A stretch of 64,000 nt of DNA from Octopus sinensis (GCF_006345805.1 NC_042997.1:173352001-173416000), one strand, 5' to 3'; positions 28,000 through 41,436 are shown, counted from the first letter of the stretch. A program made the numbers and translations. The notes: a model not told the origin generated them from the sequence alone.

Positions 28000-28370
28000 A
28001 TCTACTCTAGGCGACAAAATTTACCAGTCAATTAGATCGAGCCCACTACGCACTGGTACTTAATTTATCGACCCAGAAAGGATGAAAGGCAAAGTCGATC
28101 TCGGCGGAATTTGAACTCAGAACGTAAAGACACATGAAATACCGATAAGCATTTCGCCCGGCGTGCTAACGTTTCTTATTTCTTTATTGCCCACAAGGGG
28201 CTAAACATAGAGGGCACAAACAAGGACAGATAAAGGGATTAAGTCGATTACATCGACTCCACTGCGTAACTGGTACTTAATTTATCGACCCCGAAAGAAT
28301 GAAAGGCAAAGTCGACCTCGGGGGAATTTGAACTCAGAACGTATCGGCAGACGAAATACCGCTAAGCATT
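28000..28370 (-). mobile_element. SINE A dimer
   Basis: Two A bodies joined at GCTAACGTTTC|TTATTTCTTTATTGCC (~28175). Confidence 0.9.
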
Positions 28371-29194
28371 TAGTGTTTCAATCTTGCCCTGCTTTTATAG
28401 GGAGTTCACGGCTCAAATTGGTATATATTTTGAATATGATTTAATTGCTACTGGATAGTCACATGACTGGTCTTGGAAATTTTTGTAGGTTCCCCGCTAC
28501 GTGTGACAATGTTTGGCGTTGTAAGTTAAAGCTGACACGGTTGACTGAACATGTCTAGTGACAGTACCAAACAATCAATGCTCTGAGTGTTTTCTGTCCA
28601 GTGTTTGTAGAGAATGAACATGTGATTAAGTTTAGAAATTTTTGTAAGTTTCCCGCTACGTCCGCGCGTTAGTCTCACGTGACAGTATATTTTGTGCCTA
28701 AAATGAAAGCCGACACGGTTGAAGGAACATGTTTAGTTATAATCAAGGCACTCTAAATTTAATCTCTCTGGTGGGAGAGTGGACAGGCGTCGATTGCATG
28801 TACTCCAGTGGTTAAAGTTTAGGTTGTTAGCTGTGTAGGTTCCTTACATTAAGAAGCAGAATTAGTTTTGTGTGTGGATAGTTAATTGTGTATGTACTCT
28901 GTTAAAGTTTGTTAAGTCTTGGTTTGTACCACTCAGATCATATTTGGAATAACTTGATTGTAACTAAACAAGTTCACTCAAACGAGTCGGAATTCATTTT
29001 AGGCGGAATATATACTGTCCCGTGATACAAACGCATGGACGTAAAGGGAACGTACAAAAGGTTCTGAAAGTAATCTCTACAAACACTTGACAGAAAATAT
29101 TCAGAGCATTGATTGTCTGGTACTGTCACTAAACATATCAGTCAACCGTGTCATCATGAACTCCCTATAAAAAAAGGGCAAGCTTCTAACACTA
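28371..29194. mobile_element. Foldback/MITE-like element with long imperfect terminal inverted repeats
   Basis: 29072-29194 is the reverse complement of 28371-28408 plus 28533-28614. Termini TAGTGTT...AACACTA. Confidence 0.7.
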
Positions 29195-29241
29195 GTCAGA
29201 AGTAAGCAGCTGCTATATAAACCACGTCTTTCTGTTTCAAC

Positions 29242-29352
29242 TTTTTGAAAATCAGTCTAAACTGTGAAACCGGTTAAATCTTTAAGTATAATAATAAAAA
29301 TTATTTTAACTATGCTTTGTGCATTTTCAACTTCTATTTTTCCAGTATATAT
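29242..29352 (+). ncRNA. Hammerhead-like motif with UUGAAAA core, family F, followed by AATAAA
   Basis: UUU UUGAAAA UCAG-UCUAAA-CUGU GAA ACCGGU U AAA at 29242-29278. Confidence 0.4.
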
Positions 29353-29474
29353 AAACAAGTTAAGAATAATAGTCATTACATATTATTCCTATAATGGAAC
29401 AAATTTGGCTTAAGCTGTTTCCAGTAGTTGTTAAGGTTACATTACTGATAGGTTCACTATACGTTATATACATA

Positions 29475-29544
<70 letters not shown>

Positions 29545-29722
29545 ACAGGACGCTTTATGAAAATAAACAAAAGACGAAGGCAGGTGGAATACAAACAAAC
29601 AATTGTATTAGTATGGCGCTCAGGAATATAAATAAAACAAGTCTTTTACGTTTCGAGCCTACGCTCTTCAACAGAAAGATACACAGAAAAGAAACACGGA
29701 GAGAAACAAGGAGAGAAAAAAA
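29545..29722 (-). mobile_element. Repeat E1 with hammerhead-like motif at 29643-29678
   Basis: UCUUU CUGUUGA A GAGC-GUAG-GCUC GAA ACGU A AAAGA. Confidence 0.7.
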
Positions 29723-30191
29723 ATATATGCATATACATACAGGCACTTCTGTACTAGGCAGCATATACACCCATCACTAGAGTGCAAATATATCCACAGT
29801 TGCATTTACAGTATTTTAATATATTTACATATCTCTGTAATTTTCTTGACTCAAAGAAAGCGTCCTCTTTCTTCATGATCGACTCGAATTCGACGAAGAA
29901 TTTATTGCTACTCGTACCTACCTACCTACCTACCTACCTACACACGTACATACATATATCGCTCTATTATTATGCATGTGTACAAACAAAATCCCATGCA
30001 CACAAACATACAGACGCATATACGCACACAAGAATGTAAATCCGGAAATCTCCTTACAATGCGAAAGATGGAATTAATAATTTATTATGATATATAAATA
30101 TTATTTCTCTCTCTCGCATGGTAAGATTTCCGCTTTACTTTATTTTCATTTATCACAGTACTTCATGCAAACTACTACGTTCTTTGATATA

Positions 30192-30237
<46 letters not shown>

Positions 30238-30394
30238 ATATATATAATATTATATATTATAATATATATATTTTATATATTTATTATTTTTTTTTTCTTC
30301 TAGTTTCAGCTCAGAGCTGCGGCCATGCTGATGCACCGCCGTATAAACATATATATATATGTTTATTATGTATATATATATATATTATATATTA

Positions 30395-30448
<54 letters not shown>

Positions 30449-30572
30449 CACACATAGACATGCATGTATGTATATATAGATATGTTTGTGGTGTTAATAT
30501 GTATATAGATATATTTGGTGTACATATAAACATTCCTATTACATATAATATATATTATATATATATATATAC

Positions 30573-30613
<41 letters not shown>

Positions 30614-30639
30614 ATATATATATATATATATATTCTATA

Positions 30640-31856
30640 TCAGGTCATCCCATAAGTTCTGTCCGATTTTGCCTTTTTTTAAACTGAATGAAATTTAATA
30701 GTATTTTAGAATGTCTAATGGAATTAAAAATTGTTTTTATCCCTTTGTGTGCATATAAACTAATTAAATATTATTTTACAGAATAAAAGAATTCAAATTT
30801 CTTTGATTAAAACCCTTTCTAATATGGAAGTATCCAAAGAGTATTCAAGGCACATAATGCTTTATGAGTACAAAAACGGAAACTCTGCAGCTGAAGCAAC
30901 TCGAAACATTCACTAAGAATACTTGAATGAAAGAACTTGAAGAAGATGGATTGCAAAACTCAGTAGTGGAGATTTCAGCCTTGAAGATGAAGATCGAACA
31001 GGTCGTCCAGTTGAGTTTGATGATAAGTTCCTTGAGGTATTACTTGAAGAAAATCCTGCATTATCAGTTGAAGAATTGGCAATAAAGCTTAGTTCAAACC
31101 ATACAACTGTTCATCGTCATCTTCAACAACCTGGAAAGGTTCCTAAACTTGAAAAATGTTTGCCTCATGAATTGTCCGAAAGCAGCTGCAAATCCCGAGT
31201 TGACATCTGTTCTTCTTTCCATTCTCGCGAACTCATTTCATTCTTTTTGGATAGACTTGTGACTGGTCACGAAAAATGGATCTTCTATCGAAATGTTAAA
31301 CATAGTAAACAGTGGCTTGGTAAAAGGGAAAAAGCTCAACCACAACCGTGAAGGGAACTTCATGGGGAAATGGTTTTGCAAAGGAGTAATTCACTTTGAA
31401 TTATTACCACCTAATGCAACAATTTAATGCTGAAGTCTATTGTCAGCAATTAGAGCGTTTCAACCAAGCTTTGAAGAAAAAAAAGACTCGCTTTAGTGAA
31501 TCGAAAAGGAGTGATGTTTCATCAGGACAATGCATGACTCCACGAAAACATTCCTCATTCACCTTATTCTCACGGCCTTGCCCCTTCAGACTACCATTTG
31601 TTTCGTAGTTTACAGAATCATTTGGGGGACATAACTTTCGCAAGTCAGGAGGAGGTTGAAACTAACATTTCAGAGTTCTTCTCTTTGAAAGTAAAAGAGT
31701 TTTACATTGATGGGATTAAAAATCTTGTAAATAGGTGGAAGGAAGTTACAGATAATCAGGGAAAGTACATTGATGATTAAATTTGAATTAAATACAACAT
31801 TTGATCACTTGTTTTCTTTATTCAAAATTCCTGGCAGAAGTTATGGGATAACCTGA
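30640..31856 (+). mobile_element. Full-length decayed mariner transposon
   Basis: TIRs TCAGGTCATCCCATAAGTTCTG / CAGAAGTTATGGGATAACCTGA, with TA on both sides. Confidence 0.95.
30824..31780 (+). pseudogene. Mariner transposase pseudogene
   Basis: MEVSKEYSRHIMLYEYK..., CLPHEL, VTGHEKW (D to H), HQDNA*, PYSHGLAPSDYHLFRSLQ, KYIDD*. Multiple stops and frameshifts. Confidence 0.92.
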
Positions 31857-32839
31857 TATATCAGAATGTACTTTTGTGGAGGTTAGCTACCCAACGCAGA
31901 TGAATAATTTCATTCACAATTAGTGAAAATAAGAGCCCATTTATAATCATCTGCTTCGCAATCTACAATTTCTCTACCTAGATTATGAAGGAATATTTGT
32001 ACCCATAAATATTTGGTGAACTTGATGATTATGCTACAAATTGCATTATTGATAGCCTTGAAGAACTTTGTTTTCCGGAAATGAAAAAAAAAAAGTATCT
32101 AACTTGAAGACGGTAAATTCAATCTGCAAGTGGAACTTTAAAAACATGTAAAACTTTCACGAAATTCAAGATGTAACTTGCTACTGTTGTTGTTATATAA
32201 ATTTCAACGAGAGAACTTAATTCCTTCAGTGTGAAGCATCTCAGTTTCTTTCTTTTTCATATATTTGTTGATGGATTAATGCAACTTAAAATAACATGCA
32301 CATACAGACGTATCTTCACAGGCGTACATACAGACGGACAGAAAATAGACAAACAGAATCACACGCACACACACGCTCGTGCGCACTACACACACACAGA
32401 CACACATTCAGACACACACACACACATACACACATTATTAGTATGAGAGGCAAAATTAATTTGCCTTTATGAAAAGCAGACCTGATTTTTTTGTTTTTAT
32501 AAATTTGCTATTAAGCTGCAGATATTCGTTATCACATTTATTTTAGCAGTAATCCATTGTCCCCAAAGCATTGTTACATAGATAGTCTTTGACTAAATGT
32601 TACATAGATAGTCTTTGACTAAATGAAAAGATTTAATTAGATAATGAGCCACTAGTATGATCAATATTTTAGAATTTCCAAAAATCAAAAGTAAGCGAAA
32701 AGCCACCCCCTCCTACGTTATAACTAGAGGCAGCTGGAATGTATAGATGCGCCCTCACTTTCTCCACTGGAATGTATAGATGCGCCCTCACTTTCTCCCA
32801 GCTACGTTCTTTCTCCCAGCTACGTTCCAATTTAGTATG

Positions 32840-34015
32840 GATAAACTCACACCTGGCGTCCATATTCTCGTCAGATGGTACCCATGGTAGGCCGCAAACA
32901 AAGACTGCAATAACATCAGCTACTGATTCAGAACGTAAAACTGAGATGATATTTGATGCGACTTCAGCAGAAGGTCTGCAGACAATTGACCAACACTTTT
33001 CGTAGAACGAAGTTAGTTCCTTCAACAGCAAGTACACGGCAAGCTGGCATGTGGTCTTGTCATTTTGGTTGTGGAAGCACTCCGTCGGTTACGACGATGA
33101 GGGTTCCGGTTGATCCGAATCAACGGAACAGCCTGCTCGGGAAATTAACGTGTAAGTGGCTGAGCACTCCACAGACACGTGCACCCTTAACGTAGTTCTC
33201 AGGGATATTCAGCGTGACACAGAGAGTGACAAGGCCGGCCCCTTGAAATACAGGTACAACAGAAACAGGAAGTAAGAGTGGAGTGAGAGAAAGTTGAGGC
33301 GAAAGAGTACAACAGGGGTCGCCCCCCCCCTGCCGGAGCCTCGTGGAGCTTTAGGTGTTTTCGCTCAATAAACACACACAACGCCGGTCTGGGAATTGAA
33401 ACCGCGATCCTCCGACCGCGAGTCCGCTGCCCTAACCACTGGGCCATTGCGCCTCCACTCATTTTGGTTACAAAGACCTATAATGGAAAATTTAGAGCAC
33501 ACCTAACGTCAGAGTAGTCATCTATCAGAAACCGTTGATGAGAGATCTAACCTTGAATATAATCTGCCTGTGCGACCTTTGGTCGTTTGTGACGATGGAT
33601 ATAATAGAAAATATGCTAAGGTGAACAAGAAAACGTATGTATGAGACTGTCGGTTGCTCAAACAACTGCTTTACTCCCAGCACAATGAAGGAAAGCCAAT
33701 CTTACTCGAAGGAGACAAAGTGAGGGACTGTAAGGAAATTTATTAGCGAGTAGTTAACGAATAATCGATACTTGCGGTGAGGAAGAATCTATGATGCTGA
33801 CTAACAATTCGACACACTATAAACCGAAAATCTCTTCGATACACACGAGCATAGAAAGCACAGCAAAGCGATTAATACAGCATCACTTCAACGAAACAAA
33901 ATACCTGGCCTGTCACAAGACTAGTGGGTCTCACATTGGCCTACATCATAACATGAAGCTCCTAAAATCTTTAATCTGGTGGACAATTATCCTCCACCCG
34001 TAAGGACTGCCGATG
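32840..34015 (+). pseudogene. Degraded RTE-type LINE 3' portion, interrupted by a SINE
   Basis: HLASIFSSDG (YLGS-like), LLKQLLYSQ..EGK, and C-terminal CHKT..SHIGLHH, followed by a short 3' tail. Confidence 0.6.
33072..33458 (-). mobile_element. SINE: C head + C1 tail, 11-bp TSD
   Basis: TCATTTTGGTT at 33060-33070 and 33459-33469. Confidence 0.95.
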
Positions 34016-34304
34016 ATATATATATATATATATATTTCGAAACGTAGAGTAGATGAAACCTTTAGCGACAGAAGAAGGGGTTTTTTCTTTGTGTTAATTG
34101 TCCTGTACTCTATTTTTTGGCTGTTTAAAAAAAAAATGTCCAGTTCCTTTGGTTTGTGTCTATGTTTTCGTTTCTCATTGTGTTCGACGTCCTTTGGTGT
34201 CCCGTACTCATATATGCGTGTATATGTACATGTAGAGGTAGGTGCGTACATATATGTTATATATATGCATATGTTTTATTTATTTATAATATATTATATA
34301 TATA

Positions 34305-34360
<56 letters not shown>

Positions 34361-35027
34361 TATCGATCAGGTAATCAGTATAATTAATGATAAGAAAGAA
34401 ATGAATTGTACAGAGTAAGTATATTTGATGCTTGTCTTCTAAGAAAATAGCTAGATGTTTCAACTTTCGTCTCTTGAAAGGACTTCCAACAGTTTTCATC
34501 AGCAAAATCTTACTCATAAGGCATTTGTTAATCCGTGTCTATAAGTGAAAATACTTCAGAAGTTACGATTGGTAGGATGGAACTCAGTAACACGTGGCTA
34601 CGGAGTGAATTTTATAGCATCTCAGCCATGCTAGAAAAAGTACGATAATTAAAAGACTAGTAATTAATAAAATCAGCAATAAAACTTGAGTGCTGTGGTG
34701 GTTGTTATTATTCCTGGTTTTTGCTGTCACTTGGATGTTGCTCTTAGCTCCGAGTTAATTACATTCGAGAAGATTTATGATCAAAGGGGAACACACAGCC
34801 TATTATACTGGGCATTGTACAGCGACAGACCATATAATCTGATGCGTCCTTATTTCTCAGGGACTATTTAGGGTGTAACTTGGGGAGATTTCGTTGCTTT
34901 TTTCTAGAAGTTCAAATGTTTTTTTTTTGTGCGTGTTAGCAAAAAATGATAATATTGTTGAAGACTTATAACACCTGTTAAATCCTCACTGCCTTAATCA
35001 GTTAATAGAATACATTTTTAATTAATA

Positions 35028-35817
35028 CGAGGTGGTATCAGAAAGGGTACCGAGTAACATCACTGTGTTCACTTCGCAAGTTGTGAAATTTGAGTTTTTG
35101 TGATCACGTACATGTTGTAGTCAGTTATTTTGTCGTGGACAGGAACAAAGAGCCAACGTGAAATTTTGCGTTAAACTTGGGAAGTAAACTACAAAGATAT
35201 TGAGCTTTCTTTGACAAGTTTACGGCGATGAGGTAATGAGTCGTATATAAGGGTTCGAGTGGCACGAGCACTTCAAAAGTGGAAGAATGTCCCCGAAAGA
35301 CAATGAACGATCTGGAAGACCTGTCGGGAATGTGGTGTTGTGCATCGAGAATTCATCCTCTTGGGCCAGACCGTCAATCAAGAGTTCTACTACGACATTT
35401 TAAAGTGTTTGAGGGAGGACATGCGGCGAAAGTGACCGGATCTGTGGAGCGCAAAGAACTGGATTCTTTACGAAGACATGCACCTTATCACCGAGCTCTT
35501 CTTACTCGTGAATTTCTCACCAAAAGCAACATGGTATCGCTTCCGCACCCGCCCTGTTCGCTAGATTTTGCACCTGTGGACTTCCATATCTTTTCCAAGA
35601 TAAAAACGCAGTTCAAAGGTCACTGTGAATCGCAGAAGGTCCTCGACTCGATTACGGAAAACGACTTGCAGGCCGGATTCCAAAAGTGGCAGAAACGCTG
35701 GGACCGGTGTATTGCACAGCAATACACCGTTTCGAAGGAGATGATGTTAAAACTTAGATAAATAAGCTATTTTTTTCACAAACATAACTGTTCCGGCAAT
35801 TTTTTGATACCACTTCG
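35028..35817 (+). mobile_element. Internally deleted mariner transposon
   Basis: TIRs TA|CGAGGTGGTATCAGAAA / TTTTTGATACCACTTCG. N-terminal EQRANVKFCVKLGK...ERSGRP is fused to C-terminal HAPYH...PHPPCSLDFAPVDF. Confidence 0.9.
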
Positions 35818-36418
35818 TCTATCAAAATGCAGAATAAACGATGTTGCTTTTGCCGTTCCGTCACAGGCTAGTTTTGGTCTAACAAGCTATGATTAAAGGC
35901 ATTCCACTAATGGCAACCCATAAAATTGGAAGACATTGTATGCAAAACTAAATTATCCAAACATGTTCTTCATTTTTTTCCGTCTGTTGGACAATAGTGC
36001 AGATTGTTACAGAAAAAGTTCTGGCTGGCTGTTATTTCCTGCAAGCCGAGTAACTACATAAGGGTTTGGTTGTTTGGTACAAAACTACCACGCATTGAGT
36101 TTGTCTGCGATTAACGACAAGATTGTTAAACTTTAATTTCTCACTTGTCGATCAAACTCTATCCGACTTGGAAAGATTCTTGTCTTGAATTTAAAGAACC
36201 GAAACTTAACCAAGTCAAAGTACAAAAGATAGAATACGTGCATAACAATGAAAAAAGAAAGCCCCTCCCTCCAAATAATAATCCGCAACAAACAAACATG
36301 AAGAACGGAAACAGAATTACAGCTGTAGACATAGCAGAGCGAATCGCGACTGTTCTACAATGTATAAAATTTTAAACCCAAGTAAACAATAAGAGCAATA
36401 CTTAAAACAACAAAGGCA

Positions 36419-36420
36419 AC

Positions 36421-36471
<51 letters not shown>

Positions 36472-36551
36472 TATATAATAATAATAATAATAATAAGAAT
36501 AATAATAATAATATAAATATAATACTGATAATAATAATAATAATAATAATA

Positions 36552-36592
<41 letters not shown>

Positions 36593-36727
36593 TAATAATA
36601 ATAAAATAATAATATAATAATATATAATAATAATAATAATAATATAATAATAATAATATAATATGATAATAATAATAATAATAATAATAATAATATAATA
36701 ACGATAATATGATAATAATGATAAAAT

Positions 36728-36762
<35 letters not shown>

Positions 36763-36803
36763 AATAATAATAATGATAATAATAATAATAATAATAATAA
36801 TAA
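36419..36803. repeat. (AAT)n/(GAT)n tract
   Basis: Direct inspection. Confidence 0.95.
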
Positions 36804-37203
36804 TCCTTTGTCTACTTCCTTTTATGTTGTATTTTGTAGTGATTTTATATATTTGTTCACTTAATTTTACTGTTTGTTTTTTTTTATGGGTAGCATTGTT
36901 GTTTGTGCATGTGTGTATATGTGGTTGAGAGTATGCATACATGTGAGCCAGTGTATAAGCGGATGTGAGTTATATTTTTCTGTAGTTTTATATTTTGGGC
37001 TTTGTACACACGCTCAGCGAATGTGTTGTTTGATGTATGTCTCAGAGCAATATTTACACACACAAACACACACACACACAAACGTAAACACACACGAGAG
37101 CACACACACACACACACACACACACACTCATCTATGTATGCATATTCTATACTATACATATATTATATAATATATATATAATATAGATATATATATGTAT
37201 ATA

Positions 37204-37259
<56 letters not shown>

Positions 37260-37312
37260 ATATATATATATGTATATGTATATAATATGTATGTATATGT
37301 ATATATATATGA

Positions 37313-37343
<31 letters not shown>

Positions 37344-37544
37344 GAGAGGAACCACACAAAATCACAGACTTATATAACTCCATACAAGTATGGAGTGATA
37401 TATATGCAGAAATATACATTCTATATATATACATACATATAACATATATATATATACATATATATACATAATACACAACATCTACATATACATCTACACA
37501 CATTTATAAAACATATATGCATATACATACGCACATGCAGACAC

Positions 37545-37618
<74 letters not shown>

Positions 37619-37621
37619 ATA

Positions 37622-37667
<46 letters not shown>

Positions 37668-37971
37668 TGTGGGATGTAAAATTTTTATCTGTTGACTCTT
37701 GATCTTTTGCCGAAATTCTTTTGTAAAAGTCTTACGCTAAATACAGTAAAATACAGACCGATCTATGGGAATGCTACTAGAACTGTCATGACCTGCAGTT
37801 TTCGGACGGGAATATTACATGGCAACATATTAATACTTCAACTGATGGCCTCTGACAGCTGACACAAACCTGCGCCTCTTACCGAAATCAAAGTTTATCT
37901 GCACTTTTAAAAAACCAAATAAAATACTATGCCTGTCTATACGTGTACCTGGATGTTATATATATATATAG

Positions 37972-38002
<31 letters not shown>

Positions 38003-38241
38003 TATATATATACGTATATATTAATATATATACGTATATATATATACATATACGTATATATATATATGTTTATATATATACGTATATATTATTATAAATA
38101 CACACATATATATACATATATATATATATACATATGTATATGTATATTTATGTATGCATGTATGTATGGTTATATATATATATAAATATGGTTTATATAT
38201 ATATATATATAATATATATATATATATTTCACCTCCGTCTT

Positions 38242-38275
<34 letters not shown>

Positions 38276-38345
38276 TATATATATATAATATATATATTTC
38301 ACCTCGTCTTTATATTATATATATATAAAAGTACGAATCTATCTA

Positions 38346-38398
<53 letters not shown>

Positions 38399-39061
38399 AT
38401 ATATATGTTATATGTGTGTGTGTGGTATTCACAGTCTTAGTCGTAGAATATATTATATATTTAGTATATATAACAATATGCATGTACGTATTCGCGTATG
38501 TATGTACATGTATGTGCGTTGTATACATTATACGCACACATACGGTAAAGTATATATACTTTTATATGTATATATATATATTTATATGTGTGTATGTATA
38601 TGTGTATTTGTGTGTTTACGTGTGTACATCTTTGTAGACATACGTGTATCTCCATAGGTGTACATATACATATGAACGCATATATACACCACAAACACAC
38701 ACATATGTACACATAAGTGAGTGCAAAACGTAAAATACATGCACCTATATAATACAGTTCATGAACGATAGAAAGACTGGAGAATGAAGATAATGAACAG
38801 AGGGAAAAAGGAAGGAATGTATGAGGGGAGGAAGTTAAAAAAGGGACGTGATATGTAGTTTGTAATTTATGGGAGAAATGCAAAATGGAGCAACTGAAAG
38901 AAAGAGGAAAATATGGCTACGGTTGAGGGCGTGCGAATATGAATGGAAAGGTAACAAGGTAGAAATCTATGAATGATTTATAGTTGTCTATATCTCGAAT
39001 ATCTGCGTGCGAATATATCCGTATATATGTATATATGTATATGTATATATGTATATATATA

Positions 39062-39128
<67 letters not shown>

Positions 39129-39137
39129 TATATATAT

Positions 39138-39348
39138 AGTTTGATCCAAACATGAAAACACAAAGAGGAAAACACAACTACGCGAGGACGTGGAACAAGT
39201 ATAGTGTAACTGGACGCTCAGGAAGGGAAAGAAAGGAGGAGGATTCAACGTTTCGAGCGGAGCTCTTCGTCAGAAACATAGAAAAAGGAAATATCCAAGG
39301 AAGGGAAGACGGAGGAAGAAAATCACCAACGGTACACACGCGGTCACA
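39138..39348 (-). mobile_element. Repeat E2, best-preserved core
   Basis: Homologous to 12525 and 50561. Lies between (TA)n and (CA)n. Confidence 0.75.
39243..39277 (-). ncRNA. Minimal type-I hammerhead ribozyme motif
   Basis: GUUU CUGACGA A GAGC-UCC-GCUC GAA ACGU U GAAU: canonical CUGANGA and GAAA boxes, palindromic stem III. Confidence 0.7.
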
Positions 39349-39389
39349 CACATACACACACACACACACGCGCACACACACACACAAAT

Positions 39390-39420
<31 letters not shown>

Positions 39421-39586
39421 CACACAAATATGATCAAAATAAGCAACAAGGATATCCATGTTGCATATTTTCATTATCATCACCCCATTTGGAATTATAT
39501 GGATAATACCATACCAAATTCTGGTGCCTTTATCTTAAGTACAATATTCAAATGAATCTAAATTTGTACTGAACTAATATATATAT

Positions 39587-39677
<91 letters not shown>

Positions 39678-39687
39678 TATATATATA

Positions 39688-40122
39688 GGTGCAGGAGTGG
39701 CTCTAGGTGCAGGAGTAGCTGTGTGGTTAGTAGCTTGCTAACCAACCACATGGTTCCGGTTCGGTCCCACTGCATGGCATCTTGGGCAAGTGTCTTCTGC
39801 TATAGCCCCGGCCGACCAATGCCTTATGAGTAGATTTAGTAGGCGGAAACTAAAAGAAGCCTGTCGTATATATGTATATATATATATATATGTATGGTGT
39901 GTGTGTTTGTGTTGTGTGTCTGTGTTTGTCTCCCTAGCATTGCTTGACAACCGATGCTGGTTGTGTTTATGTCCCCGTCAATTAGCGGTTCGGCAAAAGA
40001 GACCGATAGAATAAGTACTGGGCTTACAAAAAATAAGTCCCGGGGTCGATTTGCTCGACTAAAGGCGGTGCTCCAGCATGGCCGCAGTCAAATGACTGAA
40101 ACAAGTAAAAGAGTAAAGAGAG
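39688..40122 (+). mobile_element. SINE family B, full length, with an 18-bp head duplication
   Basis: Complete head, microsatellite and tail. Confidence 0.9.
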
Positions 40123-40250
40123 AGTATATATATCAAAGTAGATAGAAGTAAACCGATGAAACGCGTTTACTGCAGATGGCTACCAGACGTCATCCACAGT
40201 ATTAATACTATTATCGCTGGAACTACATCGGATATTCCTCAGTGTACGTT

Positions 40251-40659
40251 GTGTATATAGCAAATGATAAGAATGGAAAATGGAATATAAGAAAAAATTT
40301 ATTGCTCACAACGACCGTTACGACGCATCTGCATCGATCCCTCGCGGGTGGGATACTGTGCAACTGGTTGTGGTGCATTCCTCGGTGCAGAAGCATCTTA
40401 GGTGATGTTATAAGGGGCTTAAACATAGAATCACTAGCAACATGCTGTATTAAGACCGAGAGAAACAGAGTTTATTTAACGAGACACCCCTTATAAAATG
40501 ACCTGAGGAGACGTGTCAGCACCGAGGGATGCATTAAAACCAGTTGTACAGTATCCTACCTGCGAGGGGATCGATGCAGGATGCGTCGAAACAATCGTAG
40601 TGAGCAATAAAGTTTCACGTATATTCAATTTTCTGTCTCTATCATTTGTTATATATACA
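40251..40659. repeat. Inverted pair of Penelope-like terminal repeats (~167-bp arms)
   Basis: 40251-40417 is the diverged reverse complement of 40487-40659. Confidence 0.85.
40499..40603 (+). ncRNA. Type-I hammerhead motif with long stem II insertion
   Basis: CUGAGGA (40503-09), stem II GACGUGUC/GAUGCGUC, GAAA (40588-91), C-AAUC-G, GUA site at 40597-99, AATAAA at 40606. Confidence 0.7.
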
Positions 40660-40879
40660 TACATGCATGCATACATACATGCATGCATACGTACATACAT
40701 ACATACATACATACATACATACATAGATAATACATACATACATACATACATACATACATACATACATACATCATACATACATACATACATACATAATGGA
40801 CTCTCCCGTCGTTAGACGACGTATGAGAATTCGACAATTTCTTACGGAACAACCACAAATGATTTATTTATAGTGATCA

Positions 40880-41085
40880 ATGTTTGTGTGGATATAAGCT
40901 CATTCCCTCCATCAGATCGACATTACCTGTATGGGTGCGACGGGTGCCACATATCAGATGACGAAATGATCACAGAGCAACATGAAATCAAGTGCTTTGC
41001 TCAAGAACACAACGCAACCTCCGATCTGGGAATCGAACCCACGATCTCGCAATCGCGAATGCAACACCCTAACCACTAAGCCATG
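40880..41085 (-). mobile_element. SINE with D-like head, degraded
   Basis: GCTCAAGAACACAACGC...GGAATCGAACC...CCCTAACCACTAAGCCA. Confidence 0.7.
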
Positions 41086-41276
41086 GATCTTCTGTCTGGT
41101 TTAAAAAACCACATCAGATGCCATGATGATTCTAAGGTGTAGGTACAGGACATGGTCAAACTCTGCATAAGGAGTAGACAACCACCATATATATATACAA
41201 ATACAGGAGTAGGCACATAGATGCCACACAAGATGGTAAAATAGTCCTCGAATACCAAATGTAGAGTGTGTGTATG

Positions 41277-41312
<36 letters not shown>

Positions 41313-41436
41313 CGCGTGTGTGTGTGTATACATGCATATATATATATGTATACATCCATGTATACATATATATATATATATATAATATATACATGTATGT
41401 ATACATGTATATGTATACATATATTGTGCGTGTGTA

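Noticed and set aside
32572-32826. Short perfect tandem duplications (~17-31 bp)
   Set aside because: Ordinary slippage products with no evident function.
40148-40173. GTAAA-CCGATGAAACGCGT-TTAC mini-hammerhead
   Set aside because: The two core boxes overlap and stem II is absent; at most a collapsed remnant.
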